From NCBI GenBank assembly GCA_043812655.1, contig JBDRLW010000004.1:1-43307 (forward strand): a stretch of DNA of 43,307 nt, given 5' to 3'. Both the position numbers and the translations under genes were made by a program. Positions 37,141-43,307 of this stretch are shown piece after piece. The stretch is from a bacterium (lineage in GTDB: Bacteria; Margulisbacteria; WOR-1; O2-12-FULL-45-9; XYB2-FULL-48-7). Each line of letters opens with the position of its first letter. The stretch's first letter is position 1. Below the pieces are notes generated by a model, which had not been told where the DNA came from, made no database searches, and was given only the letters and a program-made list of their open reading frames with translations.

Positions 37141-38517
37141 TTAGGGAACATAACTTATACATCCATTATTGCCTAACCAGATAGGATAATCCAACGCCGA
37201 AGTAACGCGGCCATCGCCATCTAAATCAGCCCTGATATCCCAATCCTGTTCACCTGGCTGACGCCCGTTAGCAGTTAACCACAATGGGTAATCAAGCGCC
37301 GAAGTAATCCTGTAAAATCCTTGCGTAAGTTGATAGTCAATCTCTCCTCCTCGCATACATAATTTATTATCTCTTTCTGTATACATCGCCGCTAAATTGT
37401 CAGGTTTAGTATAAGCAGGATAGAATTTATTCCCCGTTGGGTCAGAAATATTAACCGATACATTATCACTTGAGAAATCAACAGTCCCTTCTGTAATGAT
37501 CGGCAAATGATTACTGCCAGCCGTTTGATCTGCTAATTTATGTTTAACCACAACATAATATAGATTTGGTGCCGCTAAATTACCAGTGATCGTTCCAGTC
37601 CCTTGCCCATTAGCATCAAGACTTATTTCTCCTTGGCCAACAACCGTTGTCGCGGTCGTAACATCGGCCCCACTGCGCAATTCCACCACAACTGTCGCCG
37701 GTCTTTGAGTCCAGGTGCCGCTTCCGGCCGGCTCTTCGTGATAATATCCCTGCAAGAAAGCAGTCAAAGTTAGTTGCAGGCCCACCACCACCCTCGGGGA
37801 AAGTGTAATTGGTTCAGTTATAGTCGTGGTTTGTCCCTCCACAATTGTAATATTTGAGACGGTTCCAATTAAATCGGGAGTAGAAACAGTAATTGTCCCG
37901 TATGTCCCAGGAGGGATCCCGTCTACCGTAAAATTCCCGTCCGCGTCAGTCGTAACAGGATAATCTATCCCATTAATCGTAACGGTTAAAGTAGTATTAG
38001 CTATCGGATCGCCGTTTTGATCGACAACTCTCCCAGCCAAACTGCCGCCATCGGGATCTGGGATGCCCTCGCCTGCTTTTAAAGTTAGAAGCTCTAGCGG
38101 TATACTGATATAGCCATTTTTTAGGTCTGTAGGTGTAAGAGCAGGCAAGGCTTTTTCATTCATACCATAGCCATCCTTCCCCACGACGCCAATATAATAA
38201 ACGATCGGCTCTAGCGGCAGCATCCGCAGGTCTTGGTAGAGGTTGAGGCGCAGCTCGCCACCAGCTAGAGTAAAGTCTCTGGCAAAACCATCATCATATT
38301 TTGTGACATCAGGGGGAGTGCCCAGAGAAGTTTTATAAAAAACCACTTTAAAGCCTGTTGGTTCGGGACAATTCGCGTCGCTTGCGTCTTTTTGCAGTGT
38401 CCCATTCGCCCAAAAAGCGGTCGGGTACGGCGGCGGATCTTGGGCGGCAAAAGCAGGACAAACCGCTCCACCCAATATTACCAACCCCAGCAAAATTATT
38501 TTAAGGAACTTATTCAT
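37141..38517 (-). CDS. Secreted protein: carboxypeptidase-regulatory-like domain and C-terminal dockerin-like duplicated EF-hand
   Basis: Signal peptide (AFA-A); G.VVD.NG.PIA..TTDADGNF....IPPGTY; RITSALDYPLWL / RADLDGDGRVTSALDYPIWL. Confidence 0.72.
   Translation of the reverse strand: MNKFLKIILLGLVILGGAVCPAFAAQDPPPYPTAFWANGTLQKDASDANCPEPTGFKVVFYKTSLGTPPDVTKYDDGFARDFTLAGGELRLNLYQDLRMLPLEPIVYYIGVVGKDGYGMNEKALPALTPTDLKNGYISIPLELLTLKAGEGIPDPDGGSLAGRVVDQNGDPIANTTLTVTINGIDYPVTTDADGNFTVDGIPPGTYGTITVSTPDLIGTVSNITIVEGQTTTITEPITLSPRVVVGLQLTLTAFLQGYYHEEPAGSGTWTQRPATVVVELRSGADVTTATTVVGQGEISLDANGQGTGTITGNLAAPNLYYVVVKHKLADQTAGSNHLPIITEGTVDFSSDNVSVNISDPTGNKFYPAYTKPDNLAAMYTERDNKLCMRGGEIDYQLTQGFYRITSALDYPLWLTANGRQPGEQDWDIRADLDGDGRVTSALDYPIWLGNNGCISYVP
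38485..38516. repeat. Direct repeat copy A (5' end of the 37141-38517 gene)
   Basis: ccccagcaaaattattttaaggaacttattca; 30/32 identical to 39899-39930. Confidence 0.9.
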
Positions 38518-39830
38518 GCAATTATTTCCCAATGGCCGCCTTTGTCGGGGCCAACGCGTTTTATTAATTTTTGTTTTTTTAAATTAGCAAGTTGTTTCTT
38601 TATTGCCCTTTCACTAATAGCCACTCCCGAAGCCAACTCGTTTATTGTAATCCCTGGGTTTTCTTTTATCAGTTGGATAATTTTCTGGGCACTTTTCTGG
38701 GTACTTTTCTGGGTACTTTTCTGGGTACTTTTTCTGGTTGGCCCATAAACCGTCACCATAAAACCATCACCCTCTTCCCTCAGGCTGGGACGTTTCAATC
38801 CATGCAGAGTAAAAGCCTTGATGATCCTGGCAATACCAGAACCATATTTTTCAATTGCCCCCATCTCCTTAAACATTTCGGCTATTTGTTTGTTTCTGAT
38901 ATTCGAGACATAATCGCCCTTTAATAGTTTCGCTACCGTTAATCCCGGCAATAGTTTCCCTGGATTATAAAACTCGATCCGGTCATCGTATATTTTAACA
39001 ATTGAATCAGAGGGTTTTGCATAATCCCTATGGATGACCATATTTAAGACAATTTCCCGCAATCCCTCCAGGGGGTAAGTCCACTTTTCTTCCCGCTGGA
39101 CCTTACCGGTAATGATATATTCTTTATTAAGATGTTTCTTGATAAACTCCAGCACCGCTTCAACTTCGGATATAAGATCGGTTTTAATTGTTAAAGCGTC
39201 TTTGATCACTGATGGAGATTGAAAACGACCCAGCTCAATGGTACTTAAAAGCGATTCATCCTTCATAAAAAGCAAATAACAGGCCTTGGAAATTTGTTTT
39301 TTCCTGACCAATTCTCTTTTTTTCAATACATTCAACGGATTGTCAATAATTTTCCTGGCATTATTCTGATTAGCCGCTTTAATAAAACTAGCCGCTTTTT
39401 GCATTGATATTTTAGCCAGGGAATGGTCGTTATCAATATAATAATCCCAACTCGTATTTAACGTGCGCAGATGAAGATTTGCCACTTCTTCCGTTGACAT
39501 TAAATGGTTAGAATTATTTATCCGCTTGTAATACCTCCCCCTAAAGGCGACTGGTTTAACCGGGTATTCCATGACTTTGAATGTCACAATATTCTTGTGC
39601 TTAACCTTTTTCACTTCAATATCCGGGAATATTGAGGGGATCGTCTTGTTTTTTATCTCGTTTATCCAGTTTTGGATAGTTTCATTGCCAACAACTACCC
39701 CCTGGTTTTGTCCTTTATCATTAACCCCAATGATCACTTCCCCCCCGGTGGCATTAGCAAAGGCGCACAGGGTTTCAATCACCTCGTCGTTAAAATTACT
39801 TTTGTATTCTATTTTACTTGATTCTTTCAC
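38514..39830 (-). CDS. AlbA_2 (Schlafen-like) + HATPase_c_4 (RecG C-terminal-like) + HTH protein
   Basis: ES..IEYKS, CAFAN..GG.VIIGV.D.G, LREIVLN.VIHRDY, RIEFYNPG.L, IEKYGSGI, RVGPDKGGHWEI. Confidence 0.9.
   Translation of the reverse strand: MKESSKIEYKSNFNDEVIETLCAFANATGGEVIIGVNDKGQNQGVVVGNETIQNWINEIKNKTIPSIFPDIEVKKVKHKNIVTFKVMEYPVKPVAFRGRYYKRINNSNHLMSTEEVANLHLRTLNTSWDYYIDNDHSLAKISMQKAASFIKAANQNNARKIIDNPLNVLKKRELVRKKQISKACYLLFMKDESLLSTIELGRFQSPSVIKDALTIKTDLISEVEAVLEFIKKHLNKEYIITGKVQREEKWTYPLEGLREIVLNMVIHRDYAKPSDSIVKIYDDRIEFYNPGKLLPGLTVAKLLKGDYVSNIRNKQIAEMFKEMGAIEKYGSGIARIIKAFTLHGLKRPSLREEGDGFMVTVYGPTRKSTQKSTQKSTQKSAQKIIQLIKENPGITINELASGVAISERAIKKQLANLKKQKLIKRVGPDKGGHWEIIA
38681..38737. repeat. 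12-bp coding tandem repeat (QKST x about 4)
   Basis: acttttctgggt units in the linker before the HTH. Confidence 0.9.
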
Positions 39831-39931
39831 TTAGAACCCTCTATAATGACACAGGATAAAAATCCAGCCAGTGCCTGGATTTTTGGACGCCAACTTCGCC
39901 CCAACAAAATTATTTTAAGCAACTTATTCAC
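39827..39931 (-). pseudogene. 34-codon stub ORF starting with a copy of the 37141-38517 gene N-terminus
   Basis: GTG 39931 gives MNKLLKIILLGRSWRPKIQALAGFLSCVIIEGSK*; its TGA overlaps the GTG start (39830) of the AlbA gene. Confidence 0.7.
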
Positions 39932-39940
39932 CTTTATGTC

Positions 39941-40090
39941 CTACTCTAAACCCCTTATTACGGGCTCGTTGTCGGCGTCCCGGTTAAAGCGACTCAACTG
40001 ATAAACCTGGGCTGATTGCAGGTCATGCCTAGCTCTTTCTAACCACTCCTGCGTTATTTTTTGTTTTTCGTTTTCAATTTCCGCGCTCAT
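39941..40090 (-). pseudogene. Truncated HEPN toxin gene
   Basis: MSAEIENEKQKITQEWLERARHDLQSAQ resembles the HEPN first helix, then runs into a duplicated host-gene end and stops at codon 50; overlaps the MNT gene end. Confidence 0.75.
39959..39981. repeat. Direct repeat of the 3' end of the 40427-41653 gene
   Basis: tacgggctcgttgtcggcgtccc is identical to 40428-40450. Confidence 0.92.
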
Positions 40091-40391
40091 AAACAACTAC
40101 CCCTTTTTTATCGATCTCATACTGGACCGTCCCCCAAATGTCCTTACGCTTTTCAAAATCTTTCGGCACAAACAACAAGATATCTGTCGGGACATTTACA
40201 TCACGGATCGCCTGATGGATCCGGACTAATTCAGCGCCTTTATCATCGACCCGATCTTTAATGACGCATAGGTCAATATCACTGTCTGGGCCGGCCTTGC
40301 CGACAGCCCTGGAACCAAACAAGATGATCTTGATCGGTTTTATGCCCGCCGCGATTTTGTCCGCGATTTCTTTAACTTCTCTTTCCATCAT
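40074..40391 (-). CDS. Minimal nucleotidyltransferase (MNT antitoxin family)
   Basis: KIILFGSRA.G.A..DSDIDL.VI, DILLF, C-terminal GVVVYE. Confidence 0.9.
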   Translation of the reverse strand: MMEREVKEIADKIAAGIKPIKIILFGSRAVGKAGPDSDIDLCVIKDRVDDKGAELVRIHQAIRDVNVPTDILLFVPKDFEKRKDIWGTVQYEIDKKGVVVYERGN

Positions 40392-40393
40392 TA

Positions 40394-40426
40394 CCTCGTT
40401 TCACGATTCACCTTTCACAACTTCCC
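40394..40426. repeat. GTGAA(A/T) heptamer array, leader of the MNT gene
   Basis: cctcgtttcac-gattcac-ctttcac-aacttccc directly after the upstream stop; same motif as 34659-34702. Confidence 0.85.
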
Positions 40427-41653
40427 CTACGGGCTCGTTGTCGGCGTCCCATTCAAAGAAACATCAACAGCATTGCCAACCGTTACCTGGTATGGTTGGG
40501 CAACAGGGATAAGACTGTGATCCAATATCTCTTCCACAGTCATTCCTACTGCTTTAATATTCGCAGTATTAGTTATATTTCCATTGGTGGCATCATACGC
40601 ATCTTCAGGGATGGCTGTTAACCCAATATGTTTTTGAGCCGCAGCATCCCACCAGCCAAAGACAGAAACATTTTTCGTATTGGTGGATTTGCTATTGATA
40701 AATTCAATAAATTGTTTTACCTTTATTTCGTTGTTTGCCCCTCTTTTTTCTACAGCGCCATCTAATACCGGCTTCGTTAAGTCAAATGGGAAGACAACCG
40801 TGTTGATGCCGGTAGTGTTGAATTTGAAGTTCCAGGTTTGGTTAGCGGTAGACATCACATCAGCCCCACTTGGTACCAATAAATTTTTTGAATCCCCATA
40901 AACAACATTACTATAATCACTATTTGTAAAATAATTCACATAAGCCATTCTAACCCTATACACCTTCCCTTTGGACCCAACAATTGTATAATTCCCAAGC
41001 GCTCCATTACCATTTATAATTGGAGTCACTCCCAGCGTACCATCTGTCTCACGATCAGACCCACCAGCAACATCATAAAGTGCGTAAATAGACCCAGTTG
41101 CCTGATAACTAGGATTAAGACCGCTAATTGCAGAATCAACTTTCCCGTCATATGCGGGATAAGAAAGGCCATTTAAAGTTAAACTAACATTAGCTGGGGC
41201 TGGCGGGGTTGCGGCAGTGTAATAAGTGAGCGGACCAGAAATATAACTGTCTGTAACAACTCCGTCTTTCCCTAACGCATACCCTCCCTGAACATTATAT
41301 TTTCCACCATTGACAAATAAAACATAAACAGTAGAAACGGAGGTGTTTATAATATTGTATCGAGTCCAGGTGCCATTTCTCCCTCCAACTGTTACATTAG
41401 TAGTTGGATCAGCAATATTACTGTTTGCGGGCATGTCATTCGCACTTTTCAATATTGTAGTATTTGGTTGAACAGGACTTGAATTTTGAATAATGTAAGG
41501 AATCCCTGTTATTGAAGAGTCAATATAAATATTCCCAGCAAATGCATATACTTCACGCGAATAAATGCTAAAAATAATGAGCATTAAGAATTTAATCCGA
41601 AGGCTGAATTTCCCTCCTTGTTTATTTAGTATATTATTTAACATAAAAAACAT
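40427..41653 (-). CDS. Secreted beta-rich hypothetical protein with FN3-like domain and C-terminal shared module
   Basis: Signal-like N-terminus (VYA-F), PPAPANVSL..VYRVRMAYVN; AAGGAGG upstream. Confidence 0.7.
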   Translation of the reverse strand: MFFMLNNILNKQGGKFSLRIKFLMLIIFSIYSREVYAFAGNIYIDSSITGIPYIIQNSSPVQPNTTILKSANDMPANSNIADPTTNVTVGGRNGTWTRYNIINTSVSTVYVLFVNGGKYNVQGGYALGKDGVVTDSYISGPLTYYTAATPPAPANVSLTLNGLSYPAYDGKVDSAISGLNPSYQATGSIYALYDVAGGSDRETDGTLGVTPIINGNGALGNYTIVGSKGKVYRVRMAYVNYFTNSDYSNVVYGDSKNLLVPSGADVMSTANQTWNFKFNTTGINTVVFPFDLTKPVLDGAVEKRGANNEIKVKQFIEFINSKSTNTKNVSVFGWWDAAAQKHIGLTAIPEDAYDATNGNITNTANIKAVGMTVEEILDHSLIPVAQPYQVTVGNAVDVSLNGTPTTSP

Positions 41654-41667
41654 TCCTCCTTAATTGG

Positions 41668-43307
41668 TTAATTACTTGTTTCCCACTGAAAACCAGTCAC
41701 CCCTAAATTATTGTATCTATAACCTAACCCCGGCAACAGTTGAGCTGCAGGATTCCAACCACTCTCGGTATAACTCATTGTCCCAGTAAACAGATGGTTC
41801 TGATTATCCCAGATCCAAATTTGATCATTAGAAGACATCCCAGAATTAAAACCAGTATTAGTAGTTTGCTTTGGAAACGGATTTCCCACCATGTCCCATC
41901 CGGGATAAATATTTGTTCTTATAGGAGCAGAAGAAACTTCTCCGATAATTGTAATAGTCTTAAGAACCCCTGGATTTGTACTGGTAATATCCAGCCAATA
42001 ACCTTGTGCAATATTAGCATTTTCCTCGGCTGGCCAGCTTCCTCCAGTAAAAGTAAAGGTCTTAGTGAAAGAACCAAGAGAATTATCCCAGTACCACAAT
42101 TGATCATTATTGGCAAAATCCACCCCAAAAGCTTTATTTAGTGAACTTGTCATAAAAGGAGTTGAAATAAAAGCCCTCCCACCACCATACAAGCTTACAT
42201 TCACTTTCCCCACCGCCCTTGCCTGTGAAATATAAGTGCCGCCGTCAGGATGAGCATCGGTGGGAACTTTTCCAGCAACTAAACCTTTATAATATTTTTC
42301 CCCATCGCCCCGGCCAACCTGATCAACATCGGTGAAAGCTCCATCAGCATCCGCTGCGGAAACGGGAGCGCCCCAAGTTGTAGCATCGTTAGTATAATTA
42401 CCAGCTCCATCTCCCGTTAAAGCATAAAGATCAATTCTGGGGAATAAAGCTTTATCCCACGTAATATTAATATTATTGCCATCACGAACAATCGTCAGCG
42501 GAACCGTCCCGGTAGGAACACCTAATATCACCACCCCCCCATAATTCTCGGCGAATTCGGAGGTGTTTTTGTTTGCATCGGTAGCGGTGGCGGTTAACTT
42601 GACATTGGCGCCAAGTTCCTCATTAGTCGTGAAAGTCCAGTTCCCTTGAGCGTCGGCGGTAGCATTTCCAATATATCCCTTCCCTTCCCCTTGATTATCT
42701 TCACCTGGATCATCTTCCGTGATAAATATTTCAACCGTGTTGCCGCTGTTAGCGGTCCCGGAAATAATTGTCTCTCCCGCGTTTATGTTCATCGCCGTTA
42801 TTACTGGAATAGGGATCCCTGCATTCGCCCCCGCTTCCAGGCTGATCCCTTTGCCAGTATTAGCCTCAAAAGTACACTGGGTTATTTTATTTGATATAGT
42901 TGCCGCCCCATTCATCAAAACTCCGGCGGATCCATTGTTTGAGATCACGTTATTTGGCCCAATAACATTGTTATTACTGCTGGAGAATAAATAAATACCA
43001 TACCGATTATTTGGCAAAACTCCTCCGCTGGCAGAAACCCCGATCTTGTTGTTATATATATTATTATTCTTGACGTTAGCCCCGTAAAAAATAATCCCGT
43101 CTGCACTATTCCCCGAGATCACGTTGGCTTCGAACGTGTTGTTTTGGTCAGTCCCCTCGTAAAATAAAATCCCGTAATTATTAGGCAACGCGGCCTCGCC
43201 GCTTACTGTCGTCCCAATGTAATTACCCCTTATTATATTACTGCTTCCCCCATTAAAATAAATCCCGGCACTTGTATTCCCCGAAATAATATTCCTCTCC
43301 TCCGTAG
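41668..43307 (-). CDS. Large parallel beta-helix (PbH1) surface protein, 5'-truncated by the window end
   Basis: The frame stays open from 43188 to the window edge (TEERNIISGNTSAGIYF..GNYIGT); repeats N.ISGN...GI and N.IG; Ig-like LTATATDANKNTSEF; duplicated C-terminal module. Confidence 0.85.
   Translation of the reverse strand, partial: TEERNIISGNTSAGIYFNGGSSNIIRGNYIGTTVSGEAALPNNYGILFYEGTDQNNTFEANVISGNSADGIIFYGANVKNNNIYNNKIGVSASGGVLPNNRYGIYLFSSSNNNVIGPNNVISNNGSAGVLMNGAATISNKITQCTFEANTGKGISLEAGANAGIPIPVITAMNINAGETIISGTANSGNTVEIFITEDDPGEDNQGEGKGYIGNATADAQGNWTFTTNEELGANVKLTATATDANKNTSEFAENYGGVVILGVPTGTVPLTIVRDGNNINITWDKALFPRIDLYALTGDGAGNYTNDATTWGAPVSAADADGAFTDVDQVGRGDGEKYYKGLVAGKVPTDAHPDGGTYISQARAVGKVNVSLYGGGRAFISTPFMTSSLNKAFGVDFANNDQLWYWDNSLGSFTKTFTFTGGSWPAEENANIAQGYWLDITSTNPGVLKTITIIGEVSSAPIRTNIYPGWDMVGNPFPKQTTNTGFNSGMSSNDQIWIWDNQNHLFTGTMSYTESGWNPAAQLLPGLGYRYNNLGVTGFQWETSN

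Noticed and set aside
38681..38737. QKST tandem repeat as a CRISPR array or novel element
   Set aside because: It is a 12-bp coding repeat without spacers; such linker repeats are common before the HTH in this family.
34215..40450. Integron cassette array or IS elements
   Set aside because: No integrase or transposase, no attC-like sites and no terminal inverted repeats shared by the modules.

Overview
Bacterial chromosomal window from a diderm organism (it encodes TolC and an outer-membrane beta-barrel). The gene content and the FlgD-like secreted proteins suggest a Saganbacteria/WOR-1-like candidate-phylum genome, but that is an unverified inference. The window opens with the 5' 2.47 kb of a 23S rRNA gene on the minus strand. 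This gene has its own sigma70 promoter and no 16S gene upstream. Housekeeping and envelope genes follow (FAD oxidoreductase, ssb, LCP, site-2 protease, polX, rnhA, TMEM175, corA, an ECF sigma/anti-sigma/Spy/TolC-MacAB cluster, dusB, rarA, nfo, larB, larC), plus an RNase P RNA gene carrying two REP-like palindromic insertions. Several small repeat families (palindromes and heptamer arrays) have invaded intergenic DNA, coding frames and rnpB. The last 10.4 kb is a minus-strand operon of large secreted proteins (beta-helix, cohesin-like, dockerin-like, FlgD-like). Three cytoplasmic 'passenger' modules sit at its gene junctions: a four-helix-bundle gene, an AlbA/Schlafen-HATPase-HTH gene, and MNT plus a broken HEPN. 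Each is bracketed by direct repeats. Two of the repeats copy the end of a host gene, and one insertion keeps translational coupling through a 34-codon stub ORF. No recombinase or transposase is present in the window. This non-polar junction-insertion architecture is the best candidate for an undescribed system. Protein family calls are from motif recognition only; no database searches were run.
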